From: Phoronis australis | Lineage: Eukaryota > Animalia > Phoronida | DNA length: 64,000 nucleotides | NCBI GenBank assembly: GCA_002633005.1 | Contig: NMRA01000035.1 | Location: 62,001 to 126,000 of the forward strand | Reading direction: 5' to 3' | Part shown: positions 25,801-40,800 of the stretch, piece by piece | How the letters are laid out: every line of letters begins with the position of its first letter | How positions within the stretch are numbered: the first letter of the stretch is position 1 | Notes under the pieces: generated by a model | The model's database searches: none | What the model saw: the letters and a program-made list of their open reading frames with translations, nothing else | Told to the model about the DNA's origin: nothing | Program-made: the position numbers and the translations under genes

Positions 25801-28800
25801 TGTAGGTGTTAGCAGGGAAACAAATTGTTATAGAGTAACGAATCCCAACTGAGATGACAGAACGATGCAGCACAGGACATGCTTTATACAGAAAGTTATG
25901 TTTACATTTAGGGTAGATAATACTGCAGATGACTTGAGAAGAGTGATAATAAATAAGTACATGGACAGGCTGCATGTCATGTTAAACACAACAAAGGAAT
26001 AGGATTCCAGTATAACAGAATATGACTGAACAGAAAAACTACACACAAATTGAACCAAAAAACACTGAAACCTGTAGGAACTACACTCAGGTAACTAAGA
26101 AAGTTTACAAAGTCCAGGACTCAAGTGGGTCTCAATGCACACCATACCTGGGTAGGACTATTGGAGGGACACTCGGCATGCGGCTGGTAATTCAAGCAAA
26201 ACATGAACGAAGCCAATGATCACCCTAGTGCGACCGCACAAATTCAGTAAACTGATAGACGATTCGCTCACTTATATAAACACTGCGGACGAGGCGCTTT
26301 AATAACATGGATTCTATCCAAAATATTGTTGATAATTATTACCAAAAAACAAACACAAAATGAATATCATGTGAAAAAGAAAGATGGACATAAAAATGTA
26401 AACTACAGAGCGTGTTTCTCACCATCACTTACTAGTTCAATTTTCTTCACTGGTCATTAACGTAACACCTGTTGTATCATAAGACCTACATCTACCTAAA
26501 GACCTAAAGCTATTGCACAACATTATCTATGCACTCACATGACACACACACACACACACTTTAGGGGAAGACAGGCTTGAACTAATGCAGATTAAAACAA
26601 AACAAACTGACGTCTGGTTTAAAGAATTATGCCATAAAAATTGATGTGACCACCATCTTCCTGATATGAAATAGAAATGAACAGATTTTCTTGTGTTCAA
26701 GGAGAGTAAATTCATTCACCCCAATTACTTCTAAAATGACATAAAATGTCAGGGGAAATAATCTTCAATTTAACAAACAGACAGAAACGTTGACGGCTCA
26801 GTTCCATTCATGGTAACCCGCATATTAAAGGTACCCTTATTTAACATGGATTGCTTAAATAATTTCCAAACAAAACTAACTTCCAATATCAGAACCTCAT
26901 TCAACTGGCTTTCAAAAAACAGTAAATGGCAAAAAAGAAATTTTAGTTAAAACAACTAGACGACCGAAACTGGCACAGAAACCTGTCTTCCTCAGGCATC
27001 ACAACAACCAGGATCTCACCTGAAGTGGGTACAGATTCATGTCTTGTAAGTTCTACACATGCAAAAAAGGAAACAAGAAGGTGTCATAAGCCCTGGCAGC
27101 TGCGTGTACGCTGCTAGGTGGCGCTGTGAGTCAGTGATACGTTCAAGCAGGAGGCATAATTTAGTTGTTAAGACAAAGAAACTGTTCAAAATTCAACAAA
27201 GGTAGAGAGAAGAACATCAACAAAATAATGTTAAGACTGTGGCTTGAACTTACAAAGTGGAACAAAAATGTGTACAGCGATATGAATTTTGACATCGGTA
27301 CTAAAAATCAAAAATCGAACGTTTTTTAATCCAAACACGATTTTTGAGACAGATGACGTCTCTTCAGTAGGCAAAATTTCTAACATGAATTGTAACAAGG
27401 TGCAGAGCCATTTGAACCTTGTAGTAGGTGTGACCGTGTAAAATTTGGCGTGAACTCTCAATAGAGCATTAAGCACGGATTTTTTAACAGTCATCGACAG
27501 CGTTGCAACAGCCACTAGCTGAGATCAACGAACTAAGAACCACATGAGTTTGATACATCGGTACAGATACGATTGGCAGGATGTCAATACAAATAAACCC
27601 TCCAAATTAAGCACAGAGTTGCTGAGCAAAACACAAGAGCACACAAAGCATAGAAAAGCATGGGAATTAGCAACTAAAGCTCATGGGTAGATAGCTTCCC
27701 ACTTAACAACTAATACATGGAAAAGTTTACGAGTTTTACTCCTATCTGTCAGAAACAAAATAATGACAACAACACTGCTATGAATGAAAATGCTATCAGA
27801 TAAGGCTAAATGTGTTGGGCGACATAACGTGGGCGACACAAAGCATTGACATCCACCCACGCCGGCACATTGCAAAAGGTAAGCTGTCTATACTATGGGA
27901 CGCTCTACCTTCATAACAACCAACCACTAAGGGTTAAGAGTTCACAACGGGAGTAAGTAAATTGAGAATGTATTAACACTTCACTGATACCAGTCCCTAA
28001 CAAGGAGAAACAACACTTGCGTGTACTCCATTTTTAAAAATCAACATCAACTCAAACATGGGCGGCGCACCATAGAGGACTGGGGGGCTATAGCCCCCAA
28101 ACTTTTCAGTGCTGCGCCGCCCATGTCAATTTGTTACGCGGTTTAAAAATTGTTCAAAACTAAAAATGAAATCGACACTGGAGGGCACAGTTTTTAGTTA
28201 GTGGTTTCAGTGTTGCTAACATGCCCCCAAACGTGATGTGGGTGCATGACAATTCAAAATAATGGATTGTCTGAATAGATGTATACATGCAAGAAAGGTA
28301 TAATACATGCAAAGTCATTATAGTGTAATCTGGTAGATACTTTAAGGCATTGCTACCCTGTTTTATAGCTTCTGGAGAAGTTGAACACAGAAACTCAAAG
28401 TTGGCTTCATGTAATACCATCGACCCCACAACACACAACGCAAGTGGGAGATGCATCAGATGAAAACATTTCAAATAGTTCAAAAAGTAAATACCTTAAC
28501 AAGATCCTGTTCATCGTAAGATACATCCAGAGACGCACCTCGCTGGAGAGTGGAATCACGTGACTTAACTTCAGCCTGCAAGTCTTCAAAACCTAAAGTT
28601 GTGAAGAGAAGAAAGCAGTCGTGGTACAGAGACAATGTAACCCAGTAACAACTTTATTCCTGTCAGATGGTAGTTAGCCACAATGTGAACAGACAGCTTA
28701 ATGAAATACAGAGGAAAAGTCCACAAAAGACATTTATACATTTATCATTGGATCAGCAGAATCTTCAGTGACAACGACACATTCCCCATTTCTAAAACAT

Positions 28801-31800
28801 TAGGCCAAAACTGACCAGACAAAATTTCGTTTCACCCATCACGTCGGACAATGACACGTGATGACTCAGGACTCTGATAGTAATTCCTGTCAGCACTCAG
28901 TCACCATGATGCAGAACTTCCCGCAATTTTCTTTGATTAAATTTGACAAGTACTGTATCTCCTGGTCACATGACCTACCTGCCGACTGCTCAATCTGCAT
29001 TTTCGCCATCGCCTTCTCCACATCGTCCGTGACCTCGTGCACGTTGTACATACACTTGTTCACCACGTCTTCGCGACCTATTTTTCTTAACGCTCTCTCC
29101 AGCTCATTTCCTGTGCAAAGATGAGAGAGACTAAAACATGAGCTACGCAAACCTAGCCATGAACCTTTGAACCTACTTGCTGATAAACCTCGCCGCTTCA
29201 TCACTCACACCCTTTTTTATGCTCTCTTCAGTCGTTTCCAGAAATAAATTAAAAAACAAAGTTTGCAGATATTTAACATCCTGATGATGAGAAATAAAAT
29301 GCAGTTCTTCAGCATCCAATCTTTGGGTTCAGTTTACAAGATGTAATGAGGAAGCCTACTTTTTGTTAACATAGAATCGTTTCACTGCAAATAAAAACCA
29401 ACGGGTTGAACGACAAATGTAAAAGTGGCTCTTATCAATAATTTACGCAAACCTGTAGCTTGACTTCCATTTGTCTCCGCCCAGGTGTGCAGCATGTACA
29501 GACACTGGTCGCTGGCCGTCTCAAACTCCATGCGACATTTTTCTATTTGTGAACTGGGCAACTGCAGCTCTTCGGCCAACTGAACCCAGTCATCCTGTAC
29601 GGCGTCAGAGATCTGCGTCAGTCGAAGTTCGGCACCAAGGTAACTTTCTGTTGTTGTTGTAGCTAAAATTAAACAGAAACTGAAATTAGAATGGACTAAG
29701 TTTCCACTAGAGTTTAGTCAATTTACTGGCCGTGATAGATCTCATGAATTAAATATTTACTAAAATTAAAAGGAACCATCACAATACTCACTTCGTATTA
29801 TTGTGTACTTTTCTCGTAATTTTTTAATAGTTTTCTCATCCAAATCAGGAGCAGGTTCCGGCTGAAAAGAACAGAAAATATGACTGAAGATAAAGGATAA
29901 CTTAAGATTCCGTAACATACCTATGTAATCCTGCAAATGTACAGAGTGTAAAACTTCAAGGAATTTTACAAAAATTCACTCAGATAACCTGAAAATATGA
30001 ACTTTGTTTAAATATTTTAATCAGTAAAGCTACAACTTGGATCACCACTCGTGCAGACTGCAGCTTTATTCAAATGATCCTTGACCTTTGGCAGCTGACC
30101 TTAATGCAAAATCCCTTCACAACACTATCACTGACCCCTGTGTATTCTGGAAGAGTCACATTGAGGTTACAGATGGGATGCTGAGGTGCCTCGCCCCTGG
30201 CTACTTTTGGCTCCTTCATGAATGCTATGCGACCCACAGGGTCTTGGTCGTCGTCACGGATACGAACAATAAAAGGCAGGCGGTTCTCTCGGAAGGCATG
30301 GAAGTTGATGTAGAGCTGTTCGCCAGATTTTGTGACTGGCACCAGATTGCCAGCCATCTCTATAAACTGTGGTTTGCCTTCTTGGACCTGTAATGAAAAA
30401 AAATGAGTTGTTTAAAAATGAGACCAAAGCAATTCACATTTCCTCATTTTTACTGGAAGTTATCAACTCTGGCAACACTCAGCTGAAGTTAACATAAAAC
30501 AAGTGTTCGCTTATTGGACAATTTCAAGTTTGCTACCTTATAATGCAATGAATGTATTGAACATGTTATTAAAATATTATATATCAATAAAAAGTTGTTC
30601 CCTCATCATCTGGTAGGAACATTAATCCACAATGGTCTCTCGTGAAAATAAATTAAACTACATAGGGCAAAAATTTTTCCACTTTGGGAGTAATTTGCGA
30701 CACTGAAATTCAAGCCGAAATTGAATTTTCTCGATTCTGAACATCAAGACATGGGCAATTTTGCAGTAAACCGATATTTCTCAAATATTGAGAACCTCAT
30801 TTTTATCAACAGCCTGAAAATGGACTTGGCAGACGGCTAACTTCTAGAACTTGGTACAAGCTCCGACATTAAGCGAAACAATTTTCACTGTTCCAATTTA
30901 CAGAATGTGTAATGTACTGTGTCTCAGCCAGTATCAGCATTCCAGCCGACAATCCCATACCTCAACGTCTCGACTCCTGGCCACCTCAACAAAGTGTTCC
31001 TGAGTCTCTAGGGTTTTGTCCATTTTGTCATCGGTCATGCAAAACGCACGGAGACGGGCCTCCTTCTCTTCGTGTCGTTTGGCAAAGACCACAAACTTGG
31101 ACATAAATGGTATGTTCATTGTTTCTCGGTAGAGCTCTGTGGCCATTCTGGATGCCTCTCCTATATTCTGGCAGTCCATCAGCCAAAACCTGCAATTTAC
31201 ATGCAACAATTACAATACATACCCGCAACACTTTTAAACTAAACCTAGACCTTTGTCGTAAGATATTTATTTTTCATTTTAACTCTCAATAACCAAATGT
31301 AATTTTGCATCAGTCTTGGAATGCCACGATTCTGTGGTTTCTTTCAACAAATCAATATACAGACTTTGGAGCATATAACACTGACACACATTCAAGTTCC
31401 AATCTGATTATCTCTATACAGTGTAGGCATTGACCTCATTAAATAAAAAATAAACATGATGATAATGATGTCTATTGAAATCCTACATTTTAGTTTTTAT
31501 CGACACTGTGAAGCCGATATAAAGACAGTCCTAGAAACAGAAGACACAAAACACTCTTATTGCTTTGCATTATTTTTGGCAAATCCTTTTCCTACAGCTT
31601 GACCTGTTCGCAGTATGGCAGAAAATCTACAATTTCGTGATGAACTGTTGATGTGGGCACTTTTTCCTCATGGAAACTGTCCTCATTGTTACGATTTCCT
31701 TACCGCCACATACAACAAATTCTTTGGAAAAAATACGGTACATATCTTTCGAAACATTCAAACCACAACTTAACGGATACGACAAAACTGCAAGCCGCAG

Positions 31801-34800
31801 TTTACCTGGCTGAGACCGTGGTGGTGAAGGACACACAGTCATTGACAAATGTCAGCGGGGTCGTTCCAGTAATGTCCTCCCACTGGGCTGCCTGTGTACC
31901 CCCTGCAACCAACAATCAAGATATAAGTCTGCACAGCACACAAACAGATCTACATGACTTACACATCTGTACAATTTCACAAAGCACTTTTACAGTCAAT
32001 GACACACAATATCATCTGCTGAAACATGCACAGAGCGCAGAATCACACAACGGGTCTGTTTTGTGAAAAGTGACTTACCATAAACTCGCGGGTTAACGCC
32101 CTGGGAGCTTAAATTGGGAAACTCTGACATAGGGGGTGGGCGATTACTCAAGCAGTGTGCGCTTAAACCGAAAATTGACATAAAGTCGGGGATGAGCGAT
32201 TACCTGGGCATAGGCGTTAACCCGCGAGTTTACGGTAGATCAAAAATTAGATCTTGCACTCCTCACGACTATTTCTTGAGCAAAAGTCCGAAGTTTCCAA
32301 GAATATATGCATAACTGATAGCTGCTGAGATAATATCTGTAAATTATTTCTATAATGCCATATCACTTACAAGAGGTTACCCTTTGTCAACAATTGTGAT
32401 GTGGGCGTAGAAGACCAAGTTTTTGGCTCACAGTACGAATTCTTCAGTATGTGACATAATGATAATGGTAGACAGGTGAAATTTCATTTTGTCAAATTTC
32501 TCAACAAAATAACTTTTCAGGATAATATACTTTGCTTTTAGCATGGTTTGCATGGCATAGCCATTACCAAACATCATTTGATAAAATTTTGAGCATTTGC
32601 AACAATGTAGCAAGCCTCTGAAAATTTGTCAATTTTCCAACTACTTTTGTCCCAAATTGAAGAAATTTTACCGTAATTCTCACTTTCATGATACAGCCCC
32701 AGACGCAAGGGTGTGTGATTCATATAGGTTCATAAGGTAACCAAATTTCAAAGCTGTAGCCAGAGAAAAATGCATTGCTTGGTGTTTCAATTAAATAAAA
32801 GATACAGGATAAAGGGAAAGTCCCAGTGACTAAATGAAGGGTTGGTGAGACAGCTTTGAATCTCACAAGCATTTCAACCACCTTTTGTATATCAGTGCCT
32901 CATTAAAAGCAAGAAGACACCAGCGCGCTGATTACATCATTACTGAAGAGAAATCTTTAAAGCAAAGATTGAAACTAAATATCTGACATGTCCAGGGTCA
33001 TAGAAAAGGAAAACGCAGTTCTGTGGCTAAACAGGTGGAAGTGACATGCACGTAGGATTAACCAAGTGACAAGTTGTGAATAGTGAATATTGGTGTATTA
33101 AGCTTTATCCACAAGGCTAACTTATTTTATTGCGAAAATTTACGAAAATTGGTATAAATCGGGATGGTTTAAAAAGTATAACAAACTGGAACAGCTAACG
33201 TAACATTTCACTTATAAATTATTATATTCTGGTGTGCCTTTTAGGTCGTTACTGTTAACCAGGTTGTTTCCAGATTCAACAATAAAGACAGATGCTAAAC
33301 AACAATAGTGACATCTTGTGGTATAATGAAATCTGATGACCAAATCAAAATTACCACGAAGCAACAGAATGGAGGTAACAGAACGTCGAATTACAAACTA
33401 CACCAATTTTCGCACTGTGTCTTCAATTCTGAGGCTATGAAACTGAATCAAAGGGAAGCCATCAATTAGCAGCTAAACAACGAGACAACATGCATGACGG
33501 ACATTTAGAACTAGACCTGCTACTGAGTTGCGACTTCCTATTTGTGTGCATTAAAGATAAAGGCAGACATCATGAATATAACAATGCAAAGAAAATGCAA
33601 ACGATTCAATAACAAATTCTACGGTGAACAATAAAATGTGGCCCATTTGTGGCTGAATGCCAGCCTATTTCCCAGTTAAGAGATTTCGGAGTTCAAGGAA
33701 CAAAAAGTTATTAAATTTCAAATGCAAAAGGTTGAGTGGAAAATTGTGCAAAGGCGTTGTACACCTTCATCCAAATGGAAAAAAACTTAGTAAAAAAACG
33801 TAACGGAATATTTAAGATGTCTCCCAGTAACAACAAATGTTTAGCATTTCCATTAATGGCAGTGATCAACCAATCAAAAAACTGATCAAAATGAATCAAT
33901 GATAGCAACCATAATGCACCTGGACATACTAGTAGCTGACATCTGCAAACCGTGCTTAAACGTTATCAGTAAACTACACAGTCAATCAAGTGTCTAATCA
34001 GTGGCACTACAGTTCAACTGCAAATAAAATGTCGCAAAAGCAACACAAATTAGCAACCCTGCCGTACTTATTTAGAACATTGCGGTCCACCAGATACTGC
34101 GAAATACCAAGCGGATATTTCTACTACAGATTTCAGAACACCAGCCCTATACAAACTACCGCGTGTACATATGGGACCAGTTATGACGGCTTTTCAAAAA
34201 TCTCTTACTCCCAATGTGACTTACCAGTTATGCTGCAGAGTAAGCGAAGAGTGGGCGCATCTCCGCCATATTGGTTGATCATGCCCTTCTGAGCAGCTTT
34301 TGGAACGGGGATTGTCAGGGTGATCGGCTTGTGGAACTTACGTCGCCTCGGCTCGACAGTAACAATGGGACTCACAGCAACGCGGTTACCAAACATCTTG
34401 GTTACTATGTCTGTGTTCACAGGTTGGGCCTGCAAAAGAAGCACCCGTCACTCAGTAAATGTAGCTCTGAATACTAGAATACCATAGGGAATGTCTCTGC
34501 GGCTCAACTTTACACTCAATATGTTTCACATGTTGAAAACAGTTAGCACAATTAAAAAACATCAATTCCAGAACCATAATGAACATTTCAATTAAACAGA
34601 TTATGCATTCTGGGGATGCCAGTGGTGACATGGTTAGCTATCGACCATGGCGTATATTCGACGTGTGACCTGGCTATGTAATACTAAGAAACAAACCGTC
34701 AATACCTGCAGTCCAACTTTGATGTTCTTGGTGAGAGCACCCTCTGGGAACACGGCCTGGACCTGCGGAACGACTGTGGAGCTTATGACGCCACCATCGG

Positions 34801-37800
34801 CACCGATCTGATTGGTCTCCTGGCGAACGCGGCTGACGATGGCGAAGTACTGTGGGAACTCTGTGGTCAGTATTCGGGTGATACGCTTCTGTGCCAACTC
34901 TTCAGACGTCTCCAGTTCTTGAGAAGCAATACGCAAGTTTGCCATTAATTGAAAGGTGTAAACCAGGAAAGTGGCATTTAAAAACAGAGTCAAACTGAAA
35001 AATTACAATTAAGGCAATAAAAACAAATGATGTTGACAAAGACTGATTATAAACCTACATTACATCGGGACTAATAATGATTACAATGTCACCACTGTGG
35101 CGGTTTGAACAGCAGTAAGAAAATTTATTTGTTAAACAAATCATGCTTAGAAATGGAACAATTTTTTTCCGAGGAAATCATCTAATATGACTAATGACAG
35201 TTTTTCCTGTTTGAATTATTGCATTGTAGTGAGTGATTATGAATCCTGGCTTTAATTGGCATTGTAACAAACCACTTGACCCACAGAACTTAACCTGATA
35301 ATTGACTGCTGGCATACAAAGGCCCGTATGTTTATTGGTTACACATGACCCCAAACTGAGAAAACTAATCATGTTTACAAAAGAAATCTGCAAATCACAC
35401 CATGAAAGATAGCAGAAATCGACTCAACATTTTGTTCTTAGAGGGGATCAGTAGTCTGAATAGTGGCTGCGAATTTTGCAGCTGACGATTGTAAATCATA
35501 GTGGTTTCGAATTTTGCGGCTGACAGTTGTAAATCATTGGTGTCGTTCACACATAACCTTTTTGAAAATGACATACAATGTCAATGAAAGCAGTTTTATC
35601 ACACAGCTGTCTCAGTTAGGACTGTGTAACAAAACACACCTTAACAAAGGGTTTGTGGGTCTGGTTGGGAAGACAATTATTTTATTACCCCCACATGGAT
35701 TCTGAATAGGTGGGGCTAGGAATGAAAGTGAAATTCATGGCAAATATGAACACTTTATCAACTTCATTTGTTTAACACTCAAGATGTCTTCCGAACTACT
35801 TTAAATAAACTTCCTTCAGCCTAGAGAATGTCCATGTGTAAAAAGGTCACATACTGACTTTCACGACAAAAGGACACAAAAAACAATATGACCTTCGGTT
35901 AACACTTGACACTCCTACTGAGCACAAATGTTACAATGAGTTTTTTGCCGTCTTTTAATGTAACAGAACAAAATACCACATGACTGGTTTGTGTTTTCGA
36001 AGATGTCGTTTTCTAGAAAACAAGACTAATGAGTTTTGATTAGTAACCAAACTTGATAATGTTGTTGTCACAAAAGTGGGAACCTTAAGACCAAGTACCA
36101 AAAGTCCTAAAAAACAACGCAGATTTATTTTTAAGTGTCACACTCCTGCCCTCCTACTGTCCTTAACACAATATATCACTATTGTGACTTCAAGTCTCAT
36201 AACTAAAGGAAGAAAACAAATTTAAGTTTTAAAGTTAATCAGTTTTCATGAAAAATTATTAATGCCACAGACCTGAACTTAAGATCACATGTTAAACATA
36301 AACATAACTTTTCTCTGTGCATGACCAAGCAGCAATGAATGCTAACAAGCAGACAGAGGTACAGTACAATACTGCCAGCATTACCAGGCACTCCATCGTA
36401 TACACCACATATACTGATGAATCAGTGATCGATTCTTAACATTTTAACTTTTTGCGGAAGATAGTTGATGCTACATTGAATCAAGCCTGAAGTTGACATT
36501 CATCAGTAGAGTTCTGCAACAAACCTTAGTCCCGAGACATCAGACATCACTGCTGTCAGGGGCCATAATGAAGAAAACTAAATTTGGATTTACAAACTGC
36601 CTTGGTTATGCAACTCTTGGCATGCTCACCTTCAAAGCTGTCCTTCAGAATCTCCTGCACAATGTCATCTGAGGCTTCCAAGCTGTGTTCTGACCACTTC
36701 TCACCATTGTTGCTACGCAGGATGACGATCTCGCGTTCACGTCCACGCAGTGAAGCAAAGTGGGGAATTTCCAGAATGACGGGTCTAAAAGGCAAATATT
36801 CCTGGATATGAGTAGATTAGTCTTCAGCTTTACAATGCATAAAAATGCAAAGGCGGTGAAATTAAATGACACAGGCGACTAGATGCTATGCTGCATACAG
36901 TGAAGTTTCGTCAGCACAGGACGTGTTATGGCTGAAAAGTGGAACTTTGATACGTCAAACTTCAATAACAAAATATTGAAACAGCAAGCACCCAACATTT
37001 GGTAAAAGTTTCAAGCATTTAGTATCAAACGTTCGAAATGTGTAAAAATTTCACAACAATCTACTGAATACTGTGATTTCACAGCACTCACCCCAAGAAT
37101 TGGGCATTGGCAGGGCCTAGCTCAATGATTCGACTGGCCAGGGCCTCTCCCTCCATAAGGGGAGGTGGTACTAGAACCTTTTCCTTCTTGACAAGGCGAC
37201 ACGTGACGCGGGTTGGCTGCGATGCCATGCCCGGTGGTACGATCATACGCACGCCCGAGTGGCGACAACCACGCATAGCTCCTCCGCGGGCGTCCACCAT
37301 GAAACTGACGAGGAAACTACAAGAACGTGGAAACAATAAATGCCTGGTGAAACATTAAATCAAATGCCCTAGTCTGATATTGTATGAATGGACATCTCAA
37401 AGGTGCAATAAAACCCATGTTGCCGTCAAAGAAACAAACTTTAGATCACTTACTGTTATAAAACAGGTCTTACTACGTCCTTACTCTGGTGAGAAATGGT
37501 TTCTAAACTTGGAAAGAACTGACAGTTTGTTACTGCTTTGAACCATGCTTGTGGACATCAAATAATCACTATTACAAGCCAACTTGTGGACTCGAGCAAT
37601 GACAAACTGTAAGCTACCTCTAACTTACGCGAAGAACGACAGGATACCAATTTCATAACTTTAAGTGCTCTAAATCAAAACTTAGTTTTTGACGGATGGC
37701 AGATTTACCGCAAGTTTAAGCAAAATTATAGCAAATGGTTAGTAGTGGTGACTAGTGTACTCTATTGACAGAGGAAACAACTACATTTCTATGGCAGAAA

Positions 37801-40800
37801 TATGCCCATACTGACCATGGAAGGTACTTTGCATCAAGTCAAATTTTGTCCTAATGCCATAAGATGGCCAGTCTGTCAACAGGGATTGGGTCATAAATAA
37901 CAACAGGTTAACAAATGTCTCATTCGGCACAGCATAAAACCAGTGCAAATATTAAAAAGGTGATTTTCAGTGGCCAGTTATGTTTTCCTGGTTTCAGCTT
38001 GACATGTCCAAATTACTATGCACCATTTCTCTTTAGTGATAAGTCTATACTTCCTGTATAGCACATGAAACGCATAGCAAGCATGGATTATTCTCAACAG
38101 TACAGCATGCCATAAAAATCTTAAATGAACATTAAAATGATATAGCACGGTATTTCAGGAAATAATAACAACCTCGGACCATTAACTATGGTCTGTAACT
38201 TGCCTGCGGACAGGGAACGCTTCCATGACTCCTAACTGTGTCTATTCTAATAGCAAGCTTCAATGTTAAAAACTACATATTATCACCGCAATCTATTCAT
38301 GGAAGACACAACAACAGAGATAATGTCAGCTTTAAAAATGTTGCTCATCATAAAATGTCAACAGTCACAAATACACGACACAAGAAGCTGTGACAATAAC
38401 TTGACTGCAAAATCATAACAACACAGAAACTGATGCCTGAAAGAGTGGTATAAAAACCATATTTGAGACTCAAGAGTTTTAAGGTTGGTATCTGCTGATC
38501 TATTCAGCATACGAGCTAACGAAAAAAAGGAATAATTCTATTTGCCATGGTTAAATTTCTCAGCAAAACAATATCACGATATTAAAGGGTAATTAGGAAC
38601 CATAAAACAACTTACATAAAACTATGGCTATTTGTACCAAGGTAATGCCAGTCTTTGAAAAATAAAAATGTCAGTTTCAGGTAATGCTTTGAGAACACAA
38701 TTGACGAAGTACTGCACAGTTTGAAATAAGACTGTAACTCAAACCATTGAGTGATGAGACAGAATAGGCACATTTTAGATATCAGCATAAGTATACAAAA
38801 CAATAAAACACCGAAGACAGACAGTCCAAGAAGATGGTGCTGGAAGGAATTTCTCAACATTTTTCAACATGTCTCATTGAATCGCACAATTCATTTTATC
38901 ACTCAAGGCACCAAAGGCAGCAAATTTCGAGGCGACACCACAAACAAAAAAAATTTGAAACATTGCACAAAAAGATTAACCAAGGATGAAAGCCACAGGC
39001 AAAGGTATCTGAATGTGGGTGATGCTTTGCACAATGCTATCTGTAACTTTCCGAAATGAACTGACTGAACACAAATAAAGACTAAGGCCAGAATATACAA
39101 GTCTAGACAACACAAATGGAAACTGAACAAAAGTTGTCTGACGACAAAATATATAACACATCTGAGGGGATACAAACGCGTGAATTTCCATTGGGAATTC
39201 ATGAATTAGGCAAGCAGGATTGCTTCAGTCCGCAATATACTGTTAATGCAAGATGGTCGCTGACTAGTTGACCACAGTAATTCATTTTTTCTTGTTTAGC
39301 ACACAGTATGGCAGACACATGAAATTTTATTTCGTCGAATTCCTCAACACATGTAGATATAAAATAACAGTCACATATTTACAACCCATTGAAAAATTTA
39401 ATTTTTTGGCAATCTCTTTAGAAGGAAATAAGCGAAGAAAATTGCCAGATTAATGTTATTTTGTCAGAGGAGATAGTTTACTTGTAATGTACAGGATCTG
39501 TAACTTAATAGAACACAGAAACAGGGAGACCAAACTTAGAAATGGTGCAAGAGATGAACTGAGTGGTTGACATATATCATGCATGTTCAGGGCCCTGGTG
39601 GCCATGCGGTTACCTTTTCCACTTCAGTTTGCTGGACAAGACAGAGGGAAGAAAAATCATGTATAGAATTATCCACAACGGACTAATTTGTCGCCACGCA
39701 TGAAAAACACCATTGCTTCAACAGCGTTTCAAACTGAAGTCTACGCAACTTAATAGTTTAACATGATGATATGGATAAAGAGCTTCCTCAAAAATCTTTA
39801 TTGAAATAACCAAAATGCTAGGCTGATGAACTCTCGTTTCACAAGAAAATGGAGGAATATTTGGCTTTGTGCACTTTGCTAAATTTCCAAATAATCACAA
39901 AAAACATTGGGTATTAAAGTTTTCATACTTGCCATAGTCGAATGTCACCAGTTTCGTTTTGGTTGAAACTATACAAACATGTAGTAGGCTACTTTCCTTG
40001 GTAAGGCATAATATAAACTAGCTACAAAATCTAACACAACAACAAAATAAAGAGGAATGTCTAAATCCTAAAATTCTAATTCTAAAACATTCATCCAAGG
40101 GATTATGTTATTCAAGACAATCTACCACGAAATGAACATTTAGTAGTTTTATTTGCAACTTTTTGTTAAACTTTTTTGGTTCGGTTCAGTTCCAGTTTTC
40201 ACCCTCGATTCTCATTCTTATATCACAGGTATAAATTAAAGTTGTTTCTTTGCTAATCACTATTAAAACATTACGTTAAAGTTTCACCAAAATAGTCTCC
40301 GTATCTGTTAAATACTCATCTACGGAAACTTTTGACTCCTTAAGAGTCATTCATTTGTTTGAGGTGGGATTGAATGGGAAGCTATTGAACCTCAGATCCA
40401 CAGTCTTTAAAGCAAATCAATCATTAACAGATCAAGGAAAAGTTTCCAATCGCTGGCGGATGCAGCAAAGGGGACAATTATCACAGTTTAGAAAGAGCCT
40501 AACGGTCGCAACAGCCCTAAAATGCCAATTTGTCAGCGTTACATTTTGGTCATGCCTGGACCCACTGCAAAGTCTTAAATTCGTCTACATCAAAAATATG
40601 CTACACGTAATGCCCATCCCCATACATTAATTTCTAAACAAACAAGCTGTTAACTTGGAAAGATATGAATTCACAAGTAGTAAAATTAATCTAAATACAA
40701 TAAGCTAATTTACAGAACACACGGCAGTCGTGATGATTAACCGAAACCATGCGAGCTATCATGTTTTCGAAAAAAGTCCAAAATTTACCCATGGTTGTAG

